Source: a virus. Taken from it: a DNA stretch of 64,000 bases. The DNA is taken from positions 1-64,000 of IMG/VR virus record IMGVR_UViG_3300013308_000002; one strand, given 5' to 3'. This document shows, piece after piece, positions 1 to 7,708 of the stretch (the first letter of the stretch is position 1; the number at the start of each line of letters is the position of its first letter). Position numbers and translations under genes: made by a program. The notes beneath the pieces were generated by a model, which had not been told where the DNA came from, did no database searches, and saw only the letters and a list, made by a program, of their open reading frames with translations.

Positions 1-95
1 TAGCGCCACCATACTCATCCGGGTATACTCGACCTCATCGACTACCAGCGGCCATTCAACGCCGACCATCAAACATAGCACGGACACAGATCACC

Positions 96-611
96 ATGAG
101 CGAAGAGTTTGACGAAAAGGAAATGCTAGCCACTCCACGAGACTTTGTGGACGAAAACTTTGCGTTGAATAATCAACCCATCTTCAACCAATATATTGCG
201 ATGAGAGTTCAAGGGTATGCTGGTGGCCGAGTCTTCCGCATTCTCTTTGGCGAGAAGTACGTTGGCGACAACTTGATGCAGGCGCGCATCTATGCTTTGG
301 AAAACAACCCGTACTACCGGCGCGAATTCCCGAAGGCTTTGGACAAGATCAAAATAGACGAACTCTGGAATCCCAAAGTTGCCGTCCATGAACTAATCTC
401 ACTCGTGCGCGATAACTTCGCCAAAGATAGTGCGCGGCTGTCTGCGATGAAAGAGCTCAATGTGATTACCAAGATCACCATCATTGACGAGTCTGGCAAT
501 ACCAAGCCAGGTCGCAGCTTGGACGACTTCTACGCTCAGGAGGGTGTCGAAAAGCCGGAAGACGTCGCGCCGGCCGAAATTACGCTGCCGGCATCGCCGA
601 CGACGCACTAA
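96..611 (+). CDS. hypothetical protein (171 aa)
   Basis: ATG-initiated ORF. It is followed by a GC hairpin plus T-run at 730-772. It is a lone plus-strand gene among minus-strand genes. Confidence 0.45.
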   Translation: MSEEFDEKEMLATPRDFVDENFALNNQPIFNQYIAMRVQGYAGGRVFRILFGEKYVGDNLMQARIYALENNPYYRREFPKALDKIKIDELWNPKVAVHELISLVRDNFAKDSARLSAMKELNVITKITIIDESGNTKPGRSLDDFYAQEGVEKPEDVAPAEITLPASPTTH

Positions 612-729
612 TAACATCGCAGGACATTGCGCTGGGTGGGTCTAGAGGCAAAGATGGGAAAGGATGCAGCCTAGGCGGGAACGAAGCGCCTAGGCCTATT
701 ACAGAAGGAAACCAGAAAGGGATGTTACG

Positions 730-772
730 AAGGCCGAGGCGCGCCAATTCAGGTGGCCTCGGCCTTTTGCTA
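730..772 (+). terminator. rho-independent terminator candidate
   Basis: Stem GGCCGAGGC...GCCTCGGCC followed by TTTTGCT. Confidence 0.45.
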
Positions 773-883
773 TCTGTGGATTGGGAGGCCATGGAGGGCC
801 AGCGAGACGGCCACGGCTATTGCAGCCGCGAGCATGACGACGGCCACAACACCAGCCAGGATGAGCGCTGTTTCGAACTTCAT
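770..883 (-). CDS. small hydrophobic peptide (about 37 aa)
   Basis: C-terminal part of ORF 770..958: MKFETALILAGVVAVVMLAAAIAVAVSLALHGLPIHR, a single predicted TM helix. Confidence 0.25.
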   Translation of the reverse strand: MKFETALILAGVVAVVMLAAAIAVAVSLALHGLPIHR

Positions 884-970
884 ACGCGCACCAACAAACA
901 TCCGACGATGCAGCCGGCAAAGAACGCGCAAGCAATGGCGCAAGTGATCTGGACCCACTCAAAGTACATA

Positions 971-1171
971 TCAAACTCCCATCGCCAGCCAGACGTCCAG
1001 TCGGTTGCGCAGTCTTGCCACGTCATCTTTGGAGAGCAGGACGCTGGTCTTCATTTTCTTGGAGCTCGCGATGACCATAGCGAACAACTCACCTTTGGAT
1101 TCGTCGACGGTTGGATAGACCGCCAGCACGTCGGTAGGCGTCACTTTGCAATTGTATTCTTGACGACTCAT
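971..1171 (-). CDS. hypothetical protein (66 aa)
   Basis: Internal ATG (MSRQEYNCKV...) of ORF 971..1453. The upstream part of that ORF is Arg/Pro-rich junk. Confidence 0.35.
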   Translation of the reverse strand: MSRQEYNCKVTPTDVLAVYPTVDESKGELFAMVIASSKKMKTSVLLSKDDVARLRNRLDVWLAMGV

Positions 1172-1173
1172 AT

Positions 1174-1383
1174 TCAAACTCCCATTGCGAACATTGTGAA
1201 GGTTGCGCCGAAGACCAAGGTCCAAGCGACATGGCTCAAGGTGATACGGCGATGGAGCGGGACCGGGCGCTTGAAGTCTGTCCGGACAACGGCCTTGGTG
1301 CGACGACGGGCCATAGCGTCTGACTCGCAAGCGTAACAGGCGCACGGAGCATCCCGGCCTTCGTACTTGTTTGGATCTCTCAT
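1174..1383 (-). CDS. hypothetical small protein (69 aa, Cys-containing, hydrophobic C-terminus)
   Basis: Internal ATG with AGGA Shine-Dalgarno (SD) sequence. Adjacent to the 971..1171 gene without overlap. Confidence 0.3.
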   Translation of the reverse strand: MRDPNKYEGRDAPCACYACESDAMARRRTKAVVRTDFKRPVPLHRRITLSHVAWTLVFGATFTMFAMGV

Positions 1384-1394
1384 GTTCGTTAGTC

Positions 1395-1544
1395 CTAGTG
1401 GAACCAGATGGCGTATACGGCAAACCCGATGGAGGCCCAACCAGTCGCTGCAACGGTAGCCACAGCTGCGATCCAGACGCCCAGAGGCATTTGAACGGAC
1501 TCGGTAAGGTGGACGACTTCTGCTAGCTGGCTGAGAGCGAACAT
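1395..1544 (-). CDS. small membrane protein (49 aa)
   Basis: ATG preceded by a GAGGAA SD. Product MFALSQLAEVVHLTESVQMPLGVWIAAVATVAATGWASIGFAVYAIWFH. Not in the ORF track because it is under 60 aa. Confidence 0.35.
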   Translation of the reverse strand: MFALSQLAEVVHLTESVQMPLGVWIAAVATVAATGWASIGFAVYAIWFH

Positions 1545-1601
1545 GGTTGGTTCCTCGGGTAGCGGACGCCCTTCTCAGAGCGCCCGGCGATTTGGGTTAG
1601 C

Positions 1602-2249
1602 TTACTCTTCCGAAGGGCCTTCGGTCAAGGCGAAGAGGTACGATTGGCCGTTGAATTCGAAGATGGCCTGGCCTTCCGCCTTCACCAGCATACGGAAGCG
1701 GATGTGCTTGGCATCTGGCAGGCCCAGCTCAGCGAAGGCGGTGCGAACCGATTTGAACTCGGCCGACTTGCCGTTCACGGTAACCATCACGCCGTTGCGA
1801 GTCATGCGCTTGGCTGCGACGCCATCATCCAACCACGAAGCTGCGATGGCCTGGCCCAGAGTCAGACCGGTCTTGGAGCCCTTGGACTCTTTCTTGCCGG
1901 CAGATGCAGCCTTCATCGCAGCCAGTTCGGCCAGCGCCATTTCCTCGGTGATCTCATTCTCCGGGACGTCGGCGTTAGGCGAGACGAACGACTCAACCAC
2001 TTCGCGGCTAGCACGTGTCTTGTGGACTACGACCGGAGCTACGTCAACCGGAGCGGATTCTGGCAGGTCGTCGTTATTCAACAGCGACTCTGTCAGAAGG
2101 GTTTCCAGGATGGCCTTCACACGACGCTCGGCGGTCTTGCGATCCGCGAACTTGGCGACTGGCTTGTCAACGTTGTGAGCGTTGTAGAAGGCAACCAGTT
2201 CTTTGGTGGTCGCTTCGGTCAAGGTGTCGAGGGTGATTTGAGTAGTCAT
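1602..2249 (-). CDS. hypothetical protein, paralog family A (215 aa)
   Basis: GGAG SD. N- and C-terminal blocks are clearly similar to ORF 7709..8152 (LVAFYN/LIAFYN; NGKSAEFKSVRTAF/NGKAEEFRSVRQAF). Confidence 0.7.
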   Translation of the reverse strand: MTTQITLDTLTEATTKELVAFYNAHNVDKPVAKFADRKTAERRVKAILETLLTESLLNNDDLPESAPVDVAPVVVHKTRASREVVESFVSPNADVPENEITEEMALAELAAMKAASAGKKESKGSKTGLTLGQAIAASWLDDGVAAKRMTRNGVMVTVNGKSAEFKSVRTAFAELGLPDAKHIRFRMLVKAEGQAIFEFNGQSYLFALTEGPSEE

Positions 2250-2261
2250 TCTATGTCGCTC

Positions 2262-2345
2262 CGTTCATTCTGGTTGGAAGAGGCCGTTTCCTCTTCCTTG
2301 ACGCCCATTATACGCTCATTAGAATGAGCGTCAACATTTATTTCG
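2262..2345 (-). promoter_or_regulatory. early promoter family member P0 (TTGACG-16-TATAAT) plus leader hairpin
   Basis: Minus strand reads AAATAGTTGCAAATAGTTCG..TTGACG CTCATTCTAATGAGCG TATAAT. There is a palindrome in the spacer and a GGAAGAGG/CCTCTTCC hairpin in the leader. Confidence 0.5.
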
Positions 2346-2357
2346 AACTATTTGCAA

Positions 2358-2525
2358 CTATTTCTGGGACAGTCGCATTTCCAATCGCGAGCGCGCATCT
2401 ACGGCCAGCGCCGATGAGCAGCGGTTGCACGTCACCTGGTGTCGGTAGATTGTTTGGCGACCGGTAGTCGCGCCGCACTTCATGGAGCCATCTGGCATCG
2501 CGTAGTGGACCGATGTGCGACTCAT
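2358..2525 (-). CDS. small Cys-rich (zinc-ribbon-like) protein (55 aa)
   Basis: The ATG overlaps the stop of the upstream gene (ATGA coupling). Contains KCG...TCNRC. Confidence 0.35.
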   Translation of the reverse strand: MSRTSVHYAMPDGSMKCGATTGRQTIYRHQVTCNRCSSALAVDARSRLEMRLSQK

Positions 2526-2830
2526 GGTTGGTCAACACGAGCTTTATGCGCGGCCATCGCGGCCTGAAGGCGAACGTCCGCAGCATCCCAAACAGCCTGG
2601 GCCGTCTCGGCGGTGATCGGTGCGAGCGGAGCCATGATTTCTTCTTTGGTAGAGCCAGGCGCCATCTGGCGGTTGAAGATCTGGGTGCGCGCTTCGTTGT
2701 AGCCGCGAGCAATCCAAGCGCCTTTGGGCGACTTACCAGCATCCGACTTGCCTTCGTTGTGGAGCGAAGCTTTGAGGTTGAAACCCTCCGCGACTTGCTT
2801 GGTTTGAAGTTTGGTCAGTTGGTAAGTCAT
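2522..2830 (-). CDS. hypothetical protein (102 aa)
   Basis: AGGAAG SD. Preceded by promoter P1. Confidence 0.65.
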   Translation of the reverse strand: MTYQLTKLQTKQVAEGFNLKASLHNEGKSDAGKSPKGAWIARGYNEARTQIFNRQMAPGSTKEEIMAPLAPITAETAQAVWDAADVRLQAAMAAHKARVDQP

Positions 2831-2831
2831 T

Positions 2832-2900
2832 TCGGCGCTTCCTAGTGTTGTTTCGTTTCGATAGAGTGATTATGACGCATTCAGATGAACACGTCAACAC
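2832..2900 (-). promoter_or_regulatory. early promoter family member P1 (TTGACG-17-CATAAT) with conserved leader ATCGAAACGAAAC
   Basis: Read on the minus strand upstream of the 2522..2830 gene. Confidence 0.55.
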
Positions 2901-2905
2901 TTATC

Positions 2906-3280
2906 TCAGCATTGCTGAGGATTATTCAAGAGGAAATCGGCCTTGGCGCTAGCGAACACGGTGATGGCGCTTTTGCGAATCTCGGTAGCGCGACGCTGCT
3001 CGTCGCGAGTGAGGTCGTTATAGCCGCTGGCTTGAAGGTACAACTCTTTGGCGTTGCGAGCAAATGCCATCTGCGCAGCCTCATACTCGACATCGATCAC
3101 TACGAAAGTCGAGGTGGTTCCGCGACTGCTGTGGTCTGCACAAACGAACTCAGCCTGGGCCAGAGTCATCGGCTCTACTGGGTAGGTGGTCCAGCTGCCG
3201 GTCGGATCGATCTTGCGGAATTTGCGACCGTCGTAGGTCATTTCGACGGTGAACTTGGTGCGAGTGGTGATTGCGTTCAT
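2906..3280 (-). CDS. hypothetical protein (124 aa)
   Basis: The second ATG has a GAGGAA SD. The first ATG of the ORF lies inside the conserved leader motif. Confidence 0.6.
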   Translation of the reverse strand: MNAITTRTKFTVEMTYDGRKFRKIDPTGSWTTYPVEPMTLAQAEFVCADHSSRGTTSTFVVIDVEYEAAQMAFARNAKELYLQASGYNDLTRDEQRRATEIRKSAITVFASAKADFLLNNPQQC

Positions 3281-3299
3281 TTCCGTATTCCTCAAATTT

Positions 3300-3380
3300 C
3301 GTTTCATTCATTTCGATAGGCTGATTATGCACCAGAAATGAGAACACGTAAACACCTTTCTCAAAGTATTTACGTGTTTG
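3300..3380 (-). promoter_or_regulatory. early promoter P2 with hairpin (ACACGTAAA-N16-TTTACGTGT) over the -35
   Basis: -35 TTTACG, -10 CATAAT. The stem-loop directly follows the stop of the small peptide gene. Confidence 0.5.
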
Positions 3381-3400
3381 GTGAGACGGCCGACGAACGG

Positions 3401-3499
3401 TCATTTGAAGCGGTCGATGAAGTCCCAGATCAGCCAGGCCAAGCAAACCAGGAAGATGACGACCACGAAGACCATCCCAATCAACGGCAGATAGTCCAC
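3401..3499 (-). CDS. small membrane peptide, paralog of 4329..4430 (about 32 aa)
   Basis: VDYLPLIGMVFVVVIFLVCLAWLIWDFIDRFK aligns with MILEIISYWPIIGIGLFAAGCVGLLLDLIKSFK. A GTG start would give 32 aa; the ATG alternative gives 24 aa. Confidence 0.4.
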   Translation of the reverse strand: MDYLPLIGMVFVVVIFLVCLAWLIWDFIDRFK

Positions 3500-3500
3500 G

Positions 3501-3707
3501 TCACACCTCCTTATGCGCGGCTGCGATGATCCGGGCCAACTCTTCGTAGCCTTCGCCAGCGCCAATAGCCTCACGCGCCCGGAGCGCCAACGTCTCGCAA
3601 CCGGACGCCTCATGGAGAGGGATCATCAGAGCCACGATGGCCTTCAACTCAACGATCTTGGCCTCCAGCTTCTTGACGTGGTTTCGAGTCAACTCGACAT
3701 TGTTCAT
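3501..3707 (-). CDS. hypothetical protein (68 aa)
   Basis: Internal ATG with SD. Alpha-helical sequence. Confidence 0.55.
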   Translation of the reverse strand: MNNVELTRNHVKKLEAKIVELKAIVALMIPLHEASGCETLALRAREAIGAGEGYEELARIIAAAHKEV

Positions 3708-3708
3708 G

Positions 3709-3933
3709 TCAGATAGCCTCATCTTGGATGACGGAAAGGAACATCATGATGGCCTTCGCCTTGTCGCCAGATGCACCCTGGGTGAAGGAGTTGCGCGCTA
3801 CGATGAACGTCCCGGAGCCGGTCAACTCGTAAAGGTACACGATGATTGGGCGTTCCTGGCCTTGGATGGACACGGCGACCTCGCCGATGACCTTGGCCTC
3901 TTCGCCTTTGAGATTCACAATATCGCCTTTCAT
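3709..3933 (-). CDS. hypothetical protein (74 aa)
   Basis: ORF with protein-like composition. Confidence 0.6.
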   Translation of the reverse strand: MKGDIVNLKGEEAKVIGEVAVSIQGQERPIIVYLYELTGSGTFIVARNSFTQGASGDKAKAIMMFLSVIQDEAI

Positions 3934-3959
3934 GGTTTGGTACTCCAGGTTGGGTTGGA

Positions 3960-4217
3960 TTATTCAGCAAGCGCCTTTCGGACCTTCAAGGCGATCGCGT
4001 CGACATCGGCGCTGTTCTCAAAACCGAATCCCATCTTGCCATCGGCGTAGATTTGGACTATGGACATTTTGAAGCGAGCGGACAGTTGCAGGGTGACGCC
4101 CTTGCCGAAGTCAATGGCCGCGTCCTGGACTGGCGAGCGCTCCGAAGAGGCGACTACTTTCAAGCCTTTGGATTCGAACTTGGTGACGAGCGCTTGGAGT
4201 TTAGTTTGCTTGGCCAT
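3960..4217 (-). CDS. hypothetical protein (85 aa)
   Basis: AGGAAG SD. Preceded by promoter P3. Confidence 0.6.
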   Translation of the reverse strand: MAKQTKLQALVTKFESKGLKVVASSERSPVQDAAIDFGKGVTLQLSARFKMSIVQIYADGKMGFGFENSADVDAIALKVRKALAE

Positions 4218-4224
4218 TTCGTTC

Positions 4225-4310
4225 TTCCTATCTGATGTTTCGATAGGCTGATTCTACGTCACGATGTGAAACGCGTCAACACCTTTCTCAAAGTAGTTGA
4301 CGCGTTTGGT
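4225..4310 (-). promoter_or_regulatory. early promoter P3 (TTGACG-17-TAGAAT) with hairpin AACGCGTCAAC-N15-GTTGACGCGTT
   Basis: Same architecture and same loop sequence as P2, but the stem sequence differs while remaining fully paired. Confidence 0.55.
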
Positions 4311-4328
4311 GAGACGACCGACGAACGG

Positions 4329-4430
4329 TCATTTGAACGACTTGATTAGGTCCAGTAGCAGACCGACGCACCCGGCCGCGAATAGGCCGATTCCGATGAT
4401 GGGCCAGTATGATATGATTTCTAGAATCAT
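4329..4430 (-). CDS. small membrane peptide (33 aa), paralog of 3401..3499
   Basis: ATGA overlap with the upstream stop. Its stop lies inside the conserved repeat. Confidence 0.45.
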   Translation of the reverse strand: MILEIISYWPIIGIGLFAAGCVGLLLDLIKSFK

Positions 4431-4654
4431 CGCGCAGCACACTTAATGAGCCACTCAATCCTGGCCGCTGCATCCCGGTGCCATTGCGCTCGCTTGGCGT
4501 AATGTTCGCTAGTACGTTTGTCGGCGCTCACTGCCTTGAACGAAGGCCCGTCCGTCTCCACGGCTCGTTTGGCATATGCCTCACAGGCCTCAGCACCTTT
4601 GGTATGGTGCGCGATCAGATCGAACGCCGATACTCCTTTGGCCTCTTCGATCAT
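4427..4654 (-). CDS. hypothetical protein (75 aa)
   Basis: Internal ATG MIEEAKG. Confidence 0.5.
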   Translation of the reverse strand: MIEEAKGVSAFDLIAHHTKGAEACEAYAKRAVETDGPSFKAVSADKRTSEHYAKRAQWHRDAAARIEWLIKCAAR

Positions 4655-4929
4655 CACGCCACCTTCCCAGGAGCAAACTGCCCGCACACCCTGGCGCGTT
4701 TCGCGGCCGTCTTGATAGCCGTCTCCTGGCGCTGCCTACACGAACATTCGTAGCATTGAAGCGCCCGACCTCGCGCAGCATTACGCAGGTAGTCTCGCGA
4801 CTTTATGTCTGTGCGACCGCAAGCGCAGCGAACCTGGAACGTCCGCTGGTCCGCACTTTGGCTTATTACCTTTGATCCGTTCTTGGCGAACCCTAGGTAA
4901 TTGACCGTCATTTTATTTGCCATCGTCAA
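4654..4929 (-). CDS. Cys-rich zinc-finger-like small protein
   Basis: CxC...CxxC pattern. Its stop overlaps the next start by 1 nt. Confidence 0.4.
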   Translation of the reverse strand: MTMANKMTVNYLGFAKNGSKVISQSADQRTFQVRCACGRTDIKSRDYLRNAARGRALQCYECSCRQRQETAIKTAAKRARVCGQFAPGKVA

Positions 4930-5563
4930 GATCCTTCATCATAAGCTCGTTTGGCGACATGAAAAGCTCGCGAACGGAAGCGACATTATCGATTGCTTTT
5001 GAGAATGGGACCGCAACCGGAATGCCGATGTACCGCTTGCTGATCCCCTCCTGCGCACGCACCAGCCTGGCGTAGTACTCCGACTCGGCGCGACGTAGCT
5101 CCAGCTCCAGCTCGTTGGCGGAAAGCTCAGGACCGGTGTTAGAGGCCGTCGGATCGAACGCTACGGTGATGCCGTCCATTCCTTCTATCGGCGAGTCGCC
5201 GGTGATATCGATTGATTGTATTTGGAGGCCGGAGATAAAGCCGAAGGCCGATGACGATCCAAGCTCAATCGCACGGAATGGCGAAATTTGAAGAGGTCGC
5301 GTAACGCAACGGCAGTTCAGAGACTGAAGGGACGGATCGAATGAGCCGCCACGAGCCTTGTCGATTTTCTTGCGTTTCTGGGTTACCAGAATGCTGCCTG
5401 CGCGCTTGCAACGCAACTTATCACTCTTCCCATCGGCGCGATTGATCGCATCCTGGATGATGCGCGGCACTCTATAGTTGCTGGAGCCGACTCGGTTGGC
5501 AGAGCGATTCCGGTGCATGGACCAGAACATATACCACGTTTCGCGAAGGTTCATTCCGTCCAC
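4913..5563 (-). CDS. hypothetical protein (216 aa)
   Basis: Long ORF with protein-like composition. Confidence 0.6.
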   Translation of the reverse strand: MDGMNLRETWYMFWSMHRNRSANRVGSSNYRVPRIIQDAINRADGKSDKLRCKRAGSILVTQKRKKIDKARGGSFDPSLQSLNCRCVTRPLQISPFRAIELGSSSAFGFISGLQIQSIDITGDSPIEGMDGITVAFDPTASNTGPELSANELELELRRAESEYYARLVRAQEGISKRYIGIPVAVPFSKAIDNVASVRELFMSPNELMMKDLDDGK

Positions 5564-5823
5564 CCATACCCTTTGGTTTCTTCATAGGACTTGCGCCACG
5601 AAGCGCGCCACCAGGCCCAGTTGATGGAGTGAAGTTTATACGGGTTGTCGTCAATCTTCAAGCCCAAAACTACGCAATCGTGACGACCTTGGCGCTTGGC
5701 ATTCGCCTGATCCAGAACTCGCGGCTGTTCACGGGCCAGAATCGGAGTGCCATCCTCGGCAAAGCCTTCAATTCGCTTTCCGTCGATTTCCATCCAGCAG
5801 CCTTCGGAGTTGATCTGGTTCAT
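5551..5823 (-). CDS. hypothetical protein (90 aa)
   Basis: ORF overlapping its neighbours by 4-13 nt. Confidence 0.55.
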   Translation of the reverse strand: MNQINSEGCWMEIDGKRIEGFAEDGTPILAREQPRVLDQANAKRQGRHDCVVLGLKIDDNPYKLHSINWAWWRASWRKSYEETKGYGWTE

Positions 5824-6161
5824 TTCGTGGCTCCAATGGTGACCGCATCGCCAAGCGTATCGCGTTCACGAACGGCCTTCACTTCGCCGCCGAAGACGTG
5901 CCAGACGAACGCACCGCCAGAAGTCTGGAAGGTTCCGATGTAGTTGTGCTCGCCAACGCCAGCCGTGTCCGGAATCTGATGGCCCGTTCCGACTACGTGG
6001 AACCCGTAATCCACCAGCGGCTGTGAGGTATCGATGAGCGCCCAGACCGATATGTTCTGGTTTGGCCCTTGGGTCTGGACGTCCAGGAATACGGCGCCTT
6101 TCGGAATCTTGATCACCGGATTATGCCCGACGTTCACGGCGTATTTGTAAATGGTTTTCAC
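5820..6161 (-). CDS. hypothetical protein, MKTIYKY tandem paralog 1 (113 aa)
   Basis: Clear similarity to the 6331..6630 gene (MKTIYKY..IPKG..FLDVQ.QGPN..WAL.DT..PLV). Confidence 0.65.
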   Translation of the reverse strand: MKTIYKYAVNVGHNPVIKIPKGAVFLDVQTQGPNQNISVWALIDTSQPLVDYGFHVVGTGHQIPDTAGVGEHNYIGTFQTSGGAFVWHVFGGEVKAVRERDTLGDAVTIGATK

Positions 6162-6334
6162 GATTTCACCTCATCCAAAGGAAGGTCAGCGAGTTGCTTC
6201 ATCAACCGAACATCGACGAAGACGGCGTTAGGCGATTTGTCACGGCAAACTTCGTTTGGCATGCCGCTGCGCTCGATGGCCGCTTTGAAGTTGGCGATAA
6301 TGGCCGCAGCTGCTTCAAGCTGTTTGGTTTTCAT
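6158..6334 (-). CDS. hypothetical small protein (58 aa)
   Basis: Internal ATG MKTKQLEAAAA. Sits between the two tandem paralogs. Confidence 0.5.
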   Translation of the reverse strand: MKTKQLEAAAAIIANFKAAIERSGMPNEVCRDKSPNAVFVDVRLMKQLADLPLDEVKS

Positions 6335-6630
6335 AGTGCCACCTCGATTTCCGGAGCGACATCGCCAACAAACACGTGCCAAACGAACAGACCACCTTCA
6401 GTTTGGAATGTACCAACGAACTGGTCACGGTAGATATCCGGAGACGTCACCTCATGGCCAGTGCCATAAACGCGGAACGTGACCTCAACCAAAGGACAGT
6501 TGGTATCGACCAACGCCCAGGCCACCACGTTTGGCCCTTGGATCTGGACGTCCAGAAACTTGAAACCTTTAGGTATCTGAAAAGGCGCGTTGCTGCGTGC
6601 GCCGACTTGGTACTTGTAGATGGTTTTCAT
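6331..6630 (-). CDS. hypothetical protein, MKTIYKY tandem paralog 2 (99 aa)
   Basis: Paralog of 5820..6161; start taken at an internal ATG. Confidence 0.65.
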   Translation of the reverse strand: MKTIYKYQVGARSNAPFQIPKGFKFLDVQIQGPNVVAWALVDTNCPLVEVTFRVYGTGHEVTSPDIYRDQFVGTFQTEGGLFVWHVFVGDVAPEIEVAL

Positions 6631-7067
6631 ATGACAGAGTCCTGTTCTTTGACGCGCAAAGCAAACTTGGCATCTGGGTATTTGCGGATGGTGATTTTGG
6701 TAAGCCATCGAAGGTCAGATGACTCGATTACGTCGTAGATTGCGCCACGCTCGGAGTCCCATTTGCCGCCAGCGACATCCGGACCGAAGTGGATCAGGTG
6801 ATGGATCTCAGCGCGATACCACCGGCGCGCCTGGAGTCCGTCCAGGCTGAGCATTTCGTTATAGAGCCACGTCACTTCAAACTCTGGAAACTCAAGAGGT
6901 CCAAACGGGATGACGTCATCCGGCGCTTTCGGAGCCACGACAGGCGCGGCCATCAACTTGGCGCAACCAGGGCAATCCACCGCGAGGAAAGCAATGGTGG
7001 CGTAGCCTTCGAACAGACCGCACAACGTGGCCTTCCCTGGTTGCTCGGATGGGGCGTGCTTTAACAT
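6627..7067 (-). CDS. hypothetical protein (146 aa)
   Basis: Internal ATG with GGAGG SD. The upstream part of the 256-aa ORF is Arg-rich junk. Confidence 0.6.
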   Translation of the reverse strand: MLKHAPSEQPGKATLCGLFEGYATIAFLAVDCPGCAKLMAAPVVAPKAPDDVIPFGPLEFPEFEVTWLYNEMLSLDGLQARRWYRAEIHHLIHFGPDVAGGKWDSERGAIYDVIESSDLRWLTKITIRKYPDAKFALRVKEQDSVI

Positions 7068-7069
7068 GA

Positions 7070-7321
7070 TTACTTTACCTCCGAGTTGATGTCGAAAGGA
7101 AGAACGATGGACAGAGGCAAGGTCTTTTTGATGTAGCGCTTCAAGTCTTTCAACTCGATGGACTCTGCCACGTCGTACATATCTTCGCTGATTACCACGC
7201 CGTCTTTCGAGGTAATACGATAGGTCAGAGCGCGGAAGCACTTGATCACTTTGCCAGGTTGCAGAGAGCTTTTGCGAGTGGCGTTTTCGATGGTTGTTTG
7301 GAATACGGTCACGGTGTTCAT
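7070..7321 (-). CDS. hypothetical protein (83 aa)
   Basis: Preceded by promoter P4. Confidence 0.6.
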   Translation of the reverse strand: MNTVTVFQTTIENATRKSSLQPGKVIKCFRALTYRITSKDGVVISEDMYDVAESIELKDLKRYIKKTLPLSIVLPFDINSEVK

Positions 7322-7324
7322 CTG

Positions 7325-7395
7325 TCATTCTCCAGAACGTTTCGTTTCGATGAGCCAATTCTATACCGGACTTAGCTGGCCGTCTACAACTATTC
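7325..7395 (-). promoter_or_regulatory. early promoter P4 (AATAGTTGTAGACGG-N-TATAGAAT) with leader GGCTCATCGAAACGAAACG
   Basis: Read on the minus strand. Confidence 0.55.
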
Positions 7396-7642
7396 ACAAA
7401 TCAATAGACACTACTGCCGCGATGAATAACGCCCGTGCAGCCTGGAGGTCGGTGGTCGAGTTGGTCGAGTTCTCAAACAGCTGGATGAACCCGTTGCGAA
7501 CGACGATGTACGCTACGACAGAGAATGCTGCGCTTTGGAGAAGCGTCACCATGTCAGGCTCGTCGCGCTTTCCGGCAATCTCGCACTCGGCCTTGATGAT
7601 GAACGTTGCGCCTTTGATCTTTACTATTTCGTTGACGGCCAT
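7394..7642 (-). CDS. hypothetical protein (82 aa)
   Basis: Internal ATG with GGAGAGG SD. Confidence 0.5.
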   Translation of the reverse strand: MAVNEIVKIKGATFIIKAECEIAGKRDEPDMVTLLQSAAFSVVAYIVVRNGFIQLFENSTNSTTDLQAARALFIAAVVSIDL

Positions 7643-7708
7643 GATGCCTCTCCAGATGTGAAGAAGCCCGGTGGACCAATACTCACCGGGCTTCGATTGG
7701 TCCAACTA

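Noticed and set aside
96-611. Considered calling the lone plus-strand 171-aa gene a small terminase subunit.
   Set aside because: It is 11 kb from terL and has no recognisable DNA-binding helix-turn-helix by eye. It was left as hypothetical.
6627-7397. The full 256-aa ORF 6627..7397, and the N-terminal extensions of ORFs 1174..1440, 3401..3613, 4288..4473, 17290..17613 and 971..1453.
   Set aside because: The N-terminal portions are Arg/His-rich and overlap real upstream genes or conserved promoter repeats. Internal starts with SD sequences were preferred.
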